This document shows, in pieces, positions 1 through 15,344 of a DNA stretch of 64,000 nucleotides. Source of the stretch: the human T2T-CHM13v2.0 reference genome, Homo sapiens. The position numbers were made by a program, and so were the translations under genes. How positions within the stretch are numbered: position 1 is the first letter of the stretch; each line of letters begins with the position of its first letter. The notes beneath the pieces were generated by a model, which had not been told where the DNA came from, searched no databases, and saw only the letters and a list, made by a program, of their open reading frames with translations. The DNA lies in assembly GCF_009914755.1 (NCBI RefSeq), contig NC_060932.1. One strand, written 5' to 3'.

Positions 1-94
1 TAATACTCACTGCTTTCACATGTTAACATTTACTGAAGGGTTTCTATCAACAGACACTTGTCTTCTCACTTGGTTTTCAAAAGCCCAGTGACAT

Positions 95-520
95 TGCAGG
101 TGGGATTAAATATACAAGGGATTTATTGAGGGAGAACACCTGTGAGAGGCTAATGGAAGAGTGTTGAAAAAGTCCAGGAAAGTCATCACGTGGAGGGGCA
201 GAGTTGACTCTTGTGGAGGAGAAAGGGAAGGAAGGAGGGAAGGAAGGAAGGAAGGAAGGAAGGAAGGAAGGAAGGAAGGAAGGAAGGAAGGAAGGAAGGA
301 AGGAAACTGGAATAGAATGAGCCTTAGACTGTAATGCAGTTATAAGATAGTCTGGGCAAGGCTGATGGGAGTCCTCAAGGGAAAGAGAGTACCCACTAGA
401 GGAGCCCCTGGCATCTCAGAACCTGGACTGCTTTAGAATCCCTGCTTTGCTCTGTCATCGCTGGGAGCACCTGTGGGAAGCCTGGCCTCAGCTTGGACAC
501 TATTGGATTTAGAACATAGC
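95..520. mobile_element. Ancient ERVL/MaLR-type LTR remnant interrupted by a GGAA microsatellite
   Basis: gatttattgagggagaacacctgtga...gagccttagactgtaatgcagt...gctgatgggagtcctc resembles old MLT1-group LTRs. Subfamily not resolved. Confidence 0.45.
238..305 (+). repeat. (GGAA)17 microsatellite
   Basis: 68 nt of uninterrupted GGAA. Confidence 0.97.
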
Positions 521-529
521 ACTTCAGGG

Positions 530-2130
530 ACATAAAGGAGACTTGAATAATTGTAGAAAAATGCCATTCTACTCCTACATGAAAATATTCAATGAGTCAA
601 AATTTCACTCCTCCTCAATTTGGATTACACAATTCTATAAAATATCCAATAGAATTTGGAAATGACCTAGAAAATTGTTTTTAAAGTTTTTCTTTTGTTC
701 TGGATTGCTAACTTCATGGTTGGCCATGATAAATTTGAGCCAAAATAAAATTATTTTAGAAGAGTTATTCTATTTTATTTTAAAGCATAAAAGTATATTT
801 ATTAAAATAATACTGGAACAGGTATGAAAATATAGATTAGTGGGACAGAAAAGAAAATCACAGAAAACTGTAATATATGCACAAGGATGTATTATGTGTT
901 AAAGAAATTTAGAACATTCAATGTGGAAAAAAGAAGGATTACACAAAAATACTAACAAATAACTGGTTTGTAATAATTTAAAATCAGAATCTTACCTCAA
1001 TCCATACATCCAAATGAATTCCAGATGGAGTAGTTAAACCTAGGGCAGGAAATAAAATCCAAGAGTTTCAGAAGAAGCAACAGATAAATATTTATATAAC
1101 TGTGTGGTAGGGGAAAATTTTCCAAACATTAAACCAAAAACAGAGGCCTTAAAGGAAAAAAAATACTAGATTTAACTAAATAAAATTTTTAAATATCTGT
1201 GCATCAGAAAATGACAAAACAAAAATAAATAAATATAACTAATTGGGATAAATATGTCCCAAACTATTTCAAAAGTTAAATAACCTCCTGATATGAAGAG
1301 CAAGAGTAAATTAATAAGAAAAAGGTAAACATTCCAATAGAGCAAATAAATAAGGGATGTTAGCAGCGAATTCACAAAGTAAGAAATATAGACGCAAAAA
1401 ATTATTTTTCATGTGTTTAGTCTTACTAATAATGAAAGAAATACAAATAAAACCAATGAAATTCAATTATTGGAATCTATGTTTGAAAAGATGATGCTAT
1501 CCTGGAATGGTGAGGGTAGAGAAAATGGTATAGCGTTGGTGTAAAGTGTGAAGTGGATTAACTTTATGCGAGGTAGTTTGGCAGTATATTTCAAAAGTCT
1601 TAGATTTTTATATCCTTTTTGAGCTAACAATTCTTGGAATGTATCCTAGGGGATTAATTATGAATGTATGCAAAAAACTTGTCCTCATGGGTAAACACCC
1701 CCTCACTGTTTTTGTAAGTCAGTACACACATTTTGAGAAAGAAACAGTCAAAATACTCATTGTCAAAAAATATTAATTTGATTAGTTATGATATGTGCTT
1801 ACAAATGAATATTAATACAACCATTGAAACACACTGTTGTAAGAGAAAAATTAATAACATGAAAAAATGTTAATGACACAATTTCAAATGGAAAAAGCAG
1901 ATTACAAAAAGTATACGCCAAATGATTCAATTTTAGAAATACTTTAGAATATATATGCAAAGACAGGTACGCATGCATAGAACAAAGATTGGAAAGCTAT
2001 CGAATAAAATGCTAACTGTTTTTACCTAAGTGGTAGGATTATTTTTAGTTTTTTCTTTTTGCTTATCTATACTTGCCAAATTTCATATAATAAACATGTG
2101 TTGCTTTTCTAAAAAGCCAGTAAAAGTTAC
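530..2130 (+). mobile_element. Highly decayed L1M (L1ME-like) 3' fragment
   Basis: A-rich, with recognisable ORF2-end and 3'UTR phrases (ccatacatccaaatgaattccagatgga; agtttggcagtatatttcaaaa). Confidence 0.65.
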
Positions 2131-2981
2131 GTTAAAATTTTTAATTCACTTGAAAAGTGTCTTTCCTATAGATACTATCTGTGACAATAACAGCATCCAA
2201 GCAGGAAGGGAGAGGGGCAAAGTCCATCATTTGTCCAAACTGATTTCTCTTAGCATATGGAATTTACATTTTTGTCCCATGGGAAAACCTAAGGGACAAA
2301 AACCTAGGGGGACATTTTAAAAAAAATGGGACTCCCAGTCTCCAGGTCATTTTTGTGCAACCTCCATCCCTAACTCCTATATTTTAAACTCATGATTTTC
2401 CTTTAGGTTTTCCTTGGGTTGCTGTGTTCCAAGCGTAAACTGAATATGAGTTTGTCCACAATTCTGTCCTGTGACTCTGACATCCACACTTTTAAAAGTT
2501 AGCATTCCAAGGAAATTAGTGAGCATACATTCCCACTCTTCAAAGCTCATTTTTTAAATAGCTCTCCACCCCAAGGCTCTCTCTGTCCCTGTGTAGCTAC
2601 TGTTGATGCTTCTGAGATTCATGAGAACAGTGTTTCCTCTGCCAAATGTTCCTAGTTGCAACCTTCCAGTACTCCCCAGAGCTTTAGACACCTTACCTGC
2701 ACTTATTACAGCACAAATATCCTCTAAGACCCTTTAATCCAGCTACAGTAGAACATGACTTGATTTCCCCGGAGTATCAGTCCCTTAAATCTGCATGATA
2801 ATTTAGAGAAAGTATCAACCCCTTAAAATCAAAGTTCTCCAGTTCAAAATTCTGTGTGTTTAGGGGTGACTCCACCACCAAGTTAGAAAAGGATCAACCA
2901 CACCTCATCCTACATCCTTCTCCTATGATGATCTACTCCAGATGCACAGTTACGTTTGCACCTTGAGTGAGCCTGTCCTGG

Positions 2982-4060
2982 CCATTCACTCGCTTATTCA
3001 TTCAATAAATATCTACTGAGCACTTACTTTCTCCTGGACACTACACTAGGCACTAAGTAGACATTGTGAAAGAAAGCCGATGGGGTTTCTCTTTTGCAGA
3101 GTGTATACTCTATTGAAGGAGATATCAAATGAACGAACAAATTCTTAAACATTGTGATAAATGCCAACATAGCTACTACAGTGATGGAGCAAAATAGAAA
3201 AAAAGAGATTTATTTAAACAGAAAAAGAAGGCTTGCCTCTCTGAGGAGGTAGCATCTCAGCTGGGACCCAAAGGGTGAGAAAGAATATAATCTGTGATGA
3301 GGGCATGCAGGCTGGGCTGCTGTTGGCCAATGCATGCCTAGTCCTTTCCTTGTGCTGCCAGATGTCCATCATGATTGGCTGAAGTTCATGCCAAATTGGA
3401 GGGCCTCTGCCATACTGAAATGTTTGAATATCACTTCTGGATACAAGTTAACAGAATAGCATGAGCAAAACTTGTGCAGCAGAAAACTTACCAACATGTT
3501 TAAGAAATCTAAAATCAGCTGTCATGAATGGTAAGTAGTGAGGGGGAGGCATAAAGCTATGGTGAGTGAAGTTTGCAGAGACAAGACTATGGCAAAGAAT
3601 AAAATTTTCTTCCATATTCCATAGAAAACTACTAGAGAATTTAAGCTCAGGAGAATGGCTCAGTATGATTTAAGGTGTATGAAAGGTTCCTATGGCTACT
3701 ATGTGGAGAAGGAATTGGAAGTTGGCTAGGAAAACACCAATTAATGGTAGCCCAGCTGAGAAATGATAATCAAGATGGGAGATATGAGAGATGAGGAGGT
3801 TGGCAGTGGAAATAGAGAAAACTGAAGGTCTTAAATGCATACATCTGGGAGGAACAAACAATAGAACTTGCTGATGAAGTTGGTGAGAGCATGAGGAATC
3901 AGGAATTCAACCAGATTTCTGACAAGCCACAAGCGGATGTTTCTTTTTACTCACTGAGATGGGAAAGACGAATTTTAGAAAGGTAGAGTGGGAATTGGTT
4001 ATTTAATTTGTGACAATTAATTTTGAGGTGCCTGTAGCAGAAATTCAAATGGAGATAAAA
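2982..4060 (-). mobile_element. L2 fragment
   Basis: Starts with the L2 tail cattcattcaataaatatctactgagcac...ctaggcact, followed by typical L2 body phrases. Confidence 0.7.
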
Positions 4061-4462
4061 AACTAACATGACCCTTCTGACGTCCCTACCAAATGCTCTG
4101 TGTATTCGGTGTGTTCTGTCCACTCTGGCTTGGTAAACTTGGATGATTCTCAGCTCTGTGTGAGCTCTGGAAAGGGTTCTCCTTACAGCTCCCTATCATT
4201 GCTCTCTCCTCAAATGTTGTTCTCATCTGGCAGTTTTTGGTTTTTCTCTGGAAATTTCTTCATTCATCTTCATTTTCTGGAAGGTATGAAAATTGAGCTG
4301 CTGCTATACTCAGCATCTGAAAGCATTATTTTTTTTTTATCTTCCAACATCTTTCATTTGTTGGGAAGATAACTATTTCATCTGTCTAGTTTTCACTGGT
4401 TTTCCCATGATGTGCCTAAGTGTGCTTTTTTGTGTATGTCTACATGGCTTGCAACTTAATTC

Positions 4463-4763
<301 letters not shown>

Positions 4764-5028
4764 GCAACTTAATTCTTGAATCAACCAACTGATATTTATC
4801 AATTGATTGATACATTTTTCCTACTTGGCAAAGTTGTTCAGTCTTGGTCTCTTCAAATATGTTTATAACTCATTCTTTCTATACTTTCCTTCTGAGAGTC
4901 CAAAGTGCATATATGCACTCCCTATGTCTCTTACACTCTCTTCTCTGTTTTCTATCCTTTTTTCTCTCTGTTTTTCAGTCTTGCTATTTTTTCAGATCTG
5001 CCTTCCAGTTTACTAATTCTTTCTTTAT

Positions 5029-5488
5029 TATATATAGTCTTTAACTATATATATAGTCATTAACTATATATATATAGTCTTTAACTATATATATATAGTC
5101 TTTAACTATATATATAGTCTTTAACTATATATATATAGCCTTTAACTATATATATAGCCTTTAACTATATATATAGTCTTTAACTATATATATAGTCTTT
5201 AACTATATATATATAGTCTTTAACTATATATATATAGTCTTTAACTATATATATAGTCTTTAACTATATATATATAGTCTTTAACTATATATATAGTCTT
5301 TAACTATATATAGTTTTTAACTATATATATAGTCTTTATATATATACAGTCTTTATATATATACCGTCTTTAACTATATATATAGTCTTGTACCTATATA
5401 TATAGTCTTGTACCTATATATATAGTCTTGTACCTATATATAGTCTTGTAACTATATGTATATAGTCTTGTAACTATATAGTTACAAG
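5029..5488. repeat. AT-rich minisatellite, ~22-23 units of (TA)n-GTCTTTAAC and variants
   Basis: Tandem units of ~17-23 bp read directly. Confidence 0.95.
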
Positions 5489-7549
5489 CCATTGAGTTCT
5501 TAATATCGTTTTTATACATATAGAATTTTTGTTCATTTTGCATAATGTTTAGTTCTCTGAGGATATAAAAATATTTTTTATAAATCTCCTTAAATATAAT
5601 AAAGATTTTCTGCCTCTGATAACTCCATTATCTAGAGCCATGGATCTGTTTCTGTTATCTGTTTTTAAATTCTGGTACTTACTGTATTGTCTTGTCTCCT
5701 CCCAAGCCTAGTTGTTTATTGTTTACTAGACATTTAAAGTTCTGGATGTTGATATATTCCTCTATAAATTATTTACCTTTGCTTTTTGCAAACAGCCAGG
5801 AATACCAGCAATTCTGGATTAAAGATAATTTCACAAATAAAATGATGTGAAGCTGTTAATCCTGATCCATTTCTTATTTAGCATTGTTTCTAAGGTATAG
5901 CTTCTTGAAGTTTCAATCCAGCGTGTTTCTTGGGGCTTCCATATTTAGTACATATTGAACTGTAAGTTTTGTACCCACAGGCACAGGATGCTGTCAAAAA
6001 CTCTGGTCAAATTCTTAGACACTCAGCCATTTCTTCTTGAATTGATAGATTCCCCTAACAGAAAAGAGTCCACGGGAGTTCACCTCTAGATTTCCTTCTT
6101 ATTCCAGATTTTGGTTGGCTTCACCGTTTTTCACTGCTTTGTTAATAGGGTTGTTTATATCTTCTATATTCTTCCTGATTTTCTCTTTACTTTTCTATCA
6201 TTTATTGAGATGGGATATTGAAGTCTCTGACAAATTGCAGATTTGTTTATTTCTCCGTGCAGTTCTTTCAGTTTCTGCTTTATATACTTTAAAGCTATGT
6301 TATTAAGTATACCTAAGCATTTAGAATTGCTATGTTTTCTTGGTAATTTTATCTCCTTATCATTATGAAATGACTTTCTTCATTAGTCTTTTCTCTAAAA
6401 TCTACGTATTCTGATATTAATATAGCTTTTATTTAATCATTGTTGTCATGGTATATATTTATCCATCCTTTTTCCTTTACCTTATTTGCATATTTATATT
6501 TAAAGTGGGTTTCTTGTCAATAGCATATCATTGTGTCCTGCTTTTTTATGCAATCTGACGATCTCTAATTTTTAATTGGAGGTGTTTAGACTATTTACAT
6601 TAATATGACTATTTATGTGGTTAGATATAAGCCCATATCTTGCCATTTGTTTTCTACATGTTCTATCTGCTCTTTTTTTTCTTGTTTTTGCTTTCTTTCA
6701 TACAAATTGAATATTTTCATGATTCCATTTTATATACTTCATTGAATTATATATAAACTATACATTATATATAGTATATATACAAAGTATACATTATATA
6801 TAATGTATATATACAAAATATACATTAAATATAATGTAGATATATGAAGTATACATCGTATATAATATATAGCTATACAAAGTATATATACATCAAGTGT
6901 ATTGTATGTGTGTATAGTGGTTTTATATAGAGAGAGACACATAAACACACATAGATGTATCTTTTATTAGTTTAGTGGTTGTGTTAAGGTTTATAACATG
7001 TGCTGTTAATTTATCACTCTCTACTTTCAAGTAAAGATGGGCTTTATTCATAGTATAAGAATCTTACAACAGTATATCTCCACTTTCCCCATCCCAGGCT
7101 TCATGTCATTATTCTCATACATTTTACTTCTACACATAGTATAAACCCCATAATATACATGGTATAAACTCAAAAATCATTTGGCTTTAAACAGTCAATT
7201 GTATTTTAAAGACTTAAAGAGATTTAAGATATTATTTTAAAGTCTTATATTTACCTACATACTTATCATTTCTGATGCTTTTAATTTTCTGTGTAAACCC
7301 AGATTCCCATCTAGTATCATTTTTCCTTTCCCTGAAGAATTTACTTCAACATTTCTTGTAGTAATGGTCTGCTAGTGGTAAATTCTGTCAACCTTTGTAT
7401 GTCTATATATATAGAGAGAGACATACAAACGTTGACAGAATTTATATATATATATACTTTATATATATACTATATATGTGTGAATGTGTGTATATATATA
7501 TACTTTATATATACTATATATGTGTGTATGTGTATATAAAGTATATATA

Positions 7550-7780
7550 TATACTTAAAGTTCTAGGATACATATGCACAAGGTGCGGGTTTGATACATA
7601 GGTATACATGTGCCATGTTGGTTTGCTGCACCCATCAACTCATCATTTATATTAGGTATTTCTCCTAATGCTGTCCCTCCCCCAGCCCTCTAACCACTGA
7701 CAGGCCCCAGTGTGTGATGTTCCCCGCCCTGTGTCCAGGCGTTCTCATTGTTCAATTCCCACCTATGAGTGAGAACATGT
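7550..7780 (-). mobile_element. L1PA (mid-age) 3' end whose tail has decayed to (TA)/(TG) repeats at 7395-7555
   Basis: ggtatacatgtgccatgttggtttgctgcacccatcaac...cctatgagtgagaacatg. Confidence 0.85.
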
Positions 7781-7799
7781 CTTTTTAAAAATATTTCTC

Positions 7800-8096
<297 letters not shown>

Positions 8097-8249
8097 TTAA
8101 ATTATCTTACCATTGTTTTTTAAATAAAAACATCATTTTCTTTAAACTGTTAGATTTCTTAAAAATGTAAATAGATTATAAACATAAAAGAAATGTCACT
8201 GGCCCATAATTATATTAAATTTAATCAACTTTTAGTTAGGTTCCCGTGG

Positions 8250-8455
8250 TTACTATTAGAAGGAAAAACCCTTAGACAAGTTATATTTAGTAGAACTTAT
8301 TTCAGTAAGGAAAAGAGAAAAGAAAAATTCATCATTTGAACAGCCTCAGAACCAGAACAGGTTCAAAAATCTCTAATCTACAATGTTATCAGGCAGTATT
8401 TAGGGACAGAAAACAAAAGTGAGGTACAAAAATAGCTAAACTGGTTACAAAGACA
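8250..8455 (-). mobile_element. ERV1 MER4-group LTR fragment
   Basis: gaaaaacccttagacaagttatattta...cagcctcagaaccagaacaggttca resembles the 3' end of MER4-group LTRs. Confidence 0.5.
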
Positions 8456-9176
8456 GGAGACTGCCAGCCAGGCTACAATAGCTGTTGCAATCCCGTACTG
8501 CTTGGCTTTTTTTCCCTTGAAAGTTTGGCTGCTTTTAAGACTCTCTTGATCACTGGTCTTAAGGGAGTTGATTCTTGTGTTTGAGATTATCTGAGCTTTG
8601 CAATCTGAGTGTTTATAGCTTTCATCAAATTTGGAATTTTTTCAGGCAGTATTTCTTAAAGTGTATTTCTCCCCAACTTCCTCCTTCAGGGACTCCTATT
8701 ACCTGTACATTAGGGTGCTTAAAGCTATTCCACAACTTACTAACATTTGTTTGTTTGTTTTTCAAAAAATGTTCCTTCATGTGTTTTATTTTAGTTTTGA
8801 TTTCCATGACTTTAAGTTCTCTAATCTTTTCTTCAGCAGTGTTTAATTCCATCTCCTGAATTTTTTATAACAGGTATTGTACTTTTTTATCTTGGACATT
8901 GGATTTTTCATGTATAGACATTTGTGTCTTTTTTAAAAATATATCTCCCATGTCTCTACTTAACATGTTCGAGTTCTCCTTACCTTTTTGAACATGTAGG
9001 TTTCAATATATGTATAGGTTTTAATAACTGTTTTAATATACTTATCTACTAATTCTATCATTGCTAGCATTTCTGAGTCTCTTCTATTGATTGATTTTTT
9101 CCTTCCACTCTTTTGCATGCCTAGTGATTTTTTAATAGATGTTAGCCATTGTGAATTTTGTCATGTAGCATGCGCT

Positions 9177-9541
<365 letters not shown>

Positions 9542-10441
9542 TAAATATTCTTACCTTTATTTTGGGACACAGTCAAGTAACTTGGTAATAGATTGATCTT
9601 TTCAAGACTTTACGTGTTGTTATATAGGACGAGAGTGACCTTTTTTCCAGGGCTAATTTTGCCCCACTGTTGAGCCAATACCTTCCTGTATGTTATATGG
9701 CATACCCTATGAATTGCTTGGGTTTCCATTCTGGCTCATGGGAACACAAATTACTTTCAGCCCTTTCAGAGTGCCAGGGATTGGTCCCTGTATTTCCTTT
9801 GTGTAGATCTTTTCCTGGTATTGGGCAATTTACTCACTTGCATGAGCAGATCAGTATTCAGCTGTAGATACAAAAGGGACCTTCTGAAGATCTCCGTATC
9901 TCTCCATTCACATCTGTCTCTCTTCTTCAGTACTTTGTCAGGCAAACTCTGCCTTGGCATCTTCACACCCCGAGCTCTTTCATCAACCTGGAGAGACCTC
10001 TAGGCATTGACTGAGTTTTTCCTCTCTTCACTGCAACCTGAAAACACTGTAATAAAAAGACTAGGGACATCGTTGGGATCATCTTTTTCTCCTTTCTCAG
10101 GCACCGTTATCTTGTGCTGCCTGCTGTCCTGTTTTATATAGGTCCAATTTTTTAGTTGTTTCAAGGCAGGAGGATAAATCTGATATTAGTTTCTCCAATC
10201 TGGCTAAAAGCAGAAGTCCTCACTATGCAGTCAGCTCACCACCCATGCCTTCATGTATATAGTATAGTGCAGCCATTCTAATTGTTTTTACTGGGAAGGT
10301 TTATCCTGGTTTTGAAGTTTCCTATCTCACTCACCATGATATTAATCTCCCCTTGTTCTTACTAGGTATAACTGCTTAGTTCCTGCCATGACGTAACTCT
10401 CCTAAAATTACTTTTATCTATATATTTCCTTCTGAGTTCTC

Positions 10442-10730
10442 TTTTTTTCTTTTTTTTTTTTTTTTTTTTTTTTTTTTGAGAGAGAGGTTCTTGCTCTGGC
10501 ACCCAGGCTGGATTGCAGTGGCACAAACAAATCTCACTGCAGCCCCGAACTCCTGGGTAGAAGCAATCCTCTCACCTCACCTTCCCAAATAGCTGAGATG
10601 AAAGGTACATGCCACGACACCTGGCTTAAGTTTTTTTATTTTTATTTTTTTGTAGACTTGGAGTCCCACTATGTTGCCCAGGCTGGTCTTGAACTCCTGG
10701 CCTTAAATGATCCTCCCACCTTGACCTCCC
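10442..10730 (-). mobile_element. AluJ
   Basis: Diverged dimer: cactgcagccccgaactcctggg; actatgttgcccaggctgg. Confidence 0.88.
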
Positions 10731-11418
10731 ATCTCTTGAGGTATATATAGCCAAGAGTTTTAGCGGTCCCATAGGTTCTGTCTCTGGTATCTTTCTCAGC
10801 ACATAGCCTTTATGACAATGGCAATCACATTTTTCCTCTTAAACACTAACCTCTTGATTGTTATGTAGCCTCACTTTTCCCCTGTATTTTAAACATGTTT
10901 TATTAAAATAATTTGTTATATCAATAATCTTATTTTCTTTATATGATATGTTTTATTTTTATCTCCTATCCTTCCTCTTCATCCATTTCCATATATCTTA
11001 TCATCATAAGTATTACTCACATTGTAATCTTCATTACCATCACACAATCCCAGCATATCCACCAGTTCCAAAGTTTCCCAACACATTCCCACAGCTAGAG
11101 ACCAGTTGAGTAAGAGAATTAAATGTATCTTTTTCCCACCAGTATCAGATAACAGCTTGAGTAACTCCCTTAATGCATGAGCCATGTTTGCTCATTTGGG
11201 ACTTTGTGCACATGATTTGCAGTTATTTTCACAGCTTCAGTCACCTATGTGATACTTCTTCCAAATGATCAGCCTTCTATTTTCATAACAGGCCTTTCAA
11301 TCTGCTAAAGTCTTTTCTCAAGTAAGAGTTTCTCTTGTATCCGGCAGAAGAGAACCCTGAACCCAGCTCTGAATCAGCATCCTTCATAACTATATTCACC
11401 CACTAGCACCCTAAGGCA

Positions 11419-11527
11419 TATATATATATGTGTGTATATATATGTGCATATATATGTGTGTATATATATGTGTATATATATGTGTATATATATGTGTATA
11501 TATATATGTGTGTGTATATATATATAT
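11419..11527. repeat. (TATATATGTG)n-type simple repeat
   Basis: Alternating purine-pyrimidine tract read directly. Confidence 0.93.
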
Positions 11528-14102
11528 TCTTTTTCTTGGGGATATTTGATTAAAAGGAACAGTATAATCCATGTTGGGACTTTGGCTAAACTACTTTTTG
11601 TATTTCTACACTCTGCTGAGATAACTTGGGATACTTTTACTGGGAGAATTCTTTTTCATCCAGTTTATAGACAGGCTTAAATTGTCTGCCTCAAGACCCT
11701 TTTCTCTGGGCCCCAACTTGGTTACCACTTTGTCTTCTGAGAGATGGAGGGCACCATGGAGTGCTGCCTTCTTGAACGTAGGAGAAAGTACCACGCCATC
11801 CTACATCAGCCAAATTAGAAAAGAATTACAAAGAGAAACAGTCCAAAAAGGGGAATTGACTCAAGAAAAACAAGGAGGCAATCTCAAGTGGAAGGAACTT
11901 TTGATTTCTTGGTTTTCTCCCTTGAGAGCACCAACTCCTAACCCAAAGTCCTAAATATGTCCCTGGGTGCCTGATGCAAGCGCACAGCTCCCGGAACGAA
12001 AGGGAGGGTGGAACCCAGGAGAAAGCCTGGAGCTCCCCCTAATGCGACTTAAGGCAATCATTTTATTGGACTTTTCCTGATAAAAGACAATCTTTGTGTA
12101 ACTTCTTCCCTTCTCCTCTTTCTCTTCTTCGGAGTGAATGGAAAGAGGAACAAGAGAAGCATAGTCTTCAGAGATACCAAAAATATTCATGTATAGTTCA
12201 AAGGGAGAAAAACAAAAGAAAGAAGGAAGGGAAGAAAAAAGAGAGACAGAAAGGGAAGGAGGGAGAAAGCAAATAATGGAAAGAGGAAGGAAGAAAATAA
12301 GGATGGAACAGGAAACTAACATTCCTGGAATGCCCATAATCCTTCCCAAAATGTGCTAGGAACTTTGCATAGGTTATGTGATTAATGCTCATTACAATCT
12401 TAAAAAGAAGTATTTTCTATTATCACCACATTATAGCGGGAGCAACTGTGTCTCAGACAAAGAAGATAATTTTGTTGATGCCAAGGTAATGTTTGTTCAA
12501 AGCTCGGGTAATGACGAGAAGGTGATGTATGAATAAATTATTCCCTGATAAGGTATGTGGTCATTCAGCAATGATGGTTAGTTGGTAAACCCTGGGAAGA
12601 AGAACATGAAAGATATTAGAAATTTGGAGGACCTGGGGAGATTTTAGGGGAAGAAGAGTGAAGAGAAGCCACAACTGATAGTAACTGAATGGGCACTGTG
12701 CAGCCAGGGATCAGAGATGTGCTCTCAGAATCAGTCAGCAGACCCCAAGTACCACTGAGTTTGGGAATCCGTCACTGTTTTGAAGCACAATGAAGTAATA
12801 AGCTACATATGGAAAGAAAGGCCTTTTCCTCCCCAGGGACCAAAGGAATCAGAAGGTCCACAGTCTTAGACTGGAAAGTAAAAGTGAGCTTGAACATGTA
12901 ACAGATGGACACATGGTTCATTCAATTACTATTCCCTACAAATGCAGCAACATTGGCTGGACGCCATGTTACTAAATGAGATATGGTTCCCATAACCCAC
13001 CCAACTGGGAAATGAAATAAAATAGGCCTAAATTTCACAAAGAAATATTTAAGGTAACTCTCAACTGAATACTGTCAATCTGTATACATGAAACTTCTTT
13101 ATAATCTTTATCCACAAATTCTTTCAAACTGCAATAAATCGGTGAAGTTGAAACAGCTAACTGAAAAAGATCTCAGATATACGTCTGCCTGATTTATAAT
13201 GGGGATTATTAGTATAAAAGCCAAAATATATGCCTTTAAGATTGTGTATTGTAAAACTAAGAATTAATGATTTTGAAAAAAAATTATCATTATGCAACCC
13301 TCCCTGCAGTCAAATAATCTATTGGAATAGCTAAATGTGTGGATCATTGATTCTTATTTAGGCTGATAATTAAAGTCATTAAGTTGATCTACTAGGTTTG
13401 AAAAGGAATAATTCATTGATTACCAATGAAATCTAGGACAAATATTAATTTGTATCTAAAATATCCTGAGTAGAAGTCAATTGTCCACCTTTGGATAAAA
13501 TAACTTGTAGGCTTGATCAAAAGTAATCTGTCAATTTAGCATCAACTGGAGAGTTTAAAAAAATATGGATAGATAAGCACCAAGGAAAAAGCTCATGTTA
13601 TAGGAGGAAGACAAGATGGTAGCTGAGCCAATGGATGCTAAGGAATCGGACAAGAGAAGTGAGCTCAGAAAAACAGGTGAACGTGAACCTTAGTCACCTA
13701 ACAAAAAGTGGCCATTGAGCATGAACAACAAGGTAAAATTGTGAAAGCTTCTATTTTACAATGAAGTAAGCTTCTACCTATGACCCTAAGAGCACTGCCA
13801 GCCAAAACACCTTTGCTAGATTTATATAGTTTGTGAGCCTAAAATACCAATACTTGTGTGTGCTGGAAATAAAAGAATATAAAGCAGAGAGGGAAAGGTG
13901 GGAGGATTTGTCAGCTCCAGATTCATCAAGTGGCGCTTGGAAAGAGTAGAAATTTAAAAGTGAAGTTGTTTAAATCCCACTCCAGATGTTGGTGTCTTTC
14001 CCTGTTATTTTCTCCCCACCCTGCACCCCAGAATTCCGCTGTTGTCTGTTGCAGTGACATTGGGAGAAAGGCAAGCAATGGAAAAAGTAGGTAAATGGAG
14101 AA

Positions 14103-14320
14103 GTAACATTTATTGAGAACCTAGCTGCGTATCAGGCACTTTGCTGTTTTATTACATACATTATTACACTTGACTCTCAAAGTACCCCATTCGGTGAGTT
14201 TTATCATCCCCATTTTAGAAATGAGAAAATGAAGACTTAGACATATCTTCCCTCATCTCGTGCAACTTGTAAGTTGTAGGAAACATGTTTGAGCCTAGAT
14301 CTGTTTAAATCCAAAATCAA
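14103..14320 (-). mobile_element. MIR
   Basis: aacatttattgag...catccccattttagaaatgagaaaatgaagacttaga core. Confidence 0.7.
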
Positions 14321-15049
14321 ACAGAGGCTGCCATATTTGAGGATGCCCATCAGTGGAAATAGCATAATGTTACCCTGAGGAAAGGAGTCAGATACCTTCG
14401 ATCTAGTGCCCTGTCACAGGCTTTGACAAAGAGCACCACCCTCGGGTGCCATTCTATTGTTCTTCTTTGGCCATCAGGAGGAGATTCAGACATACATGAC
14501 ACTTTCCCAAAAAATGCAGGAGACATGGTGACATACACACAATAACCCATTACTGAGGATGACTACTTGGGGAGACAAGATATATATAAGCAAACACTCA
14601 GTGTTCTTGCATTTTCATGGGATTTTTATGGGTTACATTTTATCATCAATCATAAATTGATTATTCACAAGAAGAAACGTGTTTTTCTGAAAAATAGCTA
14701 GCAACATATTGATCTGAACACTTCAGGGAAAATGTGATGAAGTAGAAAATTAATGGAGAGTAGAGAAGTGAAAGCATTTCAGTCTTTTGAGAATATGGTA
14801 ATAATCCCGAGCTAAGGTACTAATGACTTATTGCTAATGTTGTTAGCCATGTCTTGGATGCTGGATTCATTCATCCAATAAAATTTATCATTAAAGATCA
14901 TTTATAGGAATAATTGTAATCAGTGGCATTCATGAATAGATAATTCAATTGGAAAATATTTCTTAGATGCCCCAAAACAACAATTAATATTTATTGAGCC
15001 TCTGTTATGCACTAAGCCTTTGTTGATTAGTGCCAAAGAAAAAGAACTC

Positions 15050-15344
<295 letters not shown>

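Noticed and set aside
5029-5488. Repeat-spacer-like periodicity suggesting a CRISPR array
   Set aside because: The spacers are just (TA)n, the context is eukaryotic and there are no cas genes. It is a minisatellite.
8625-8852. 75-aa ORF with coiled-coil character
   Set aside because: Decayed L1 ORF1p remnant, not a host gene.
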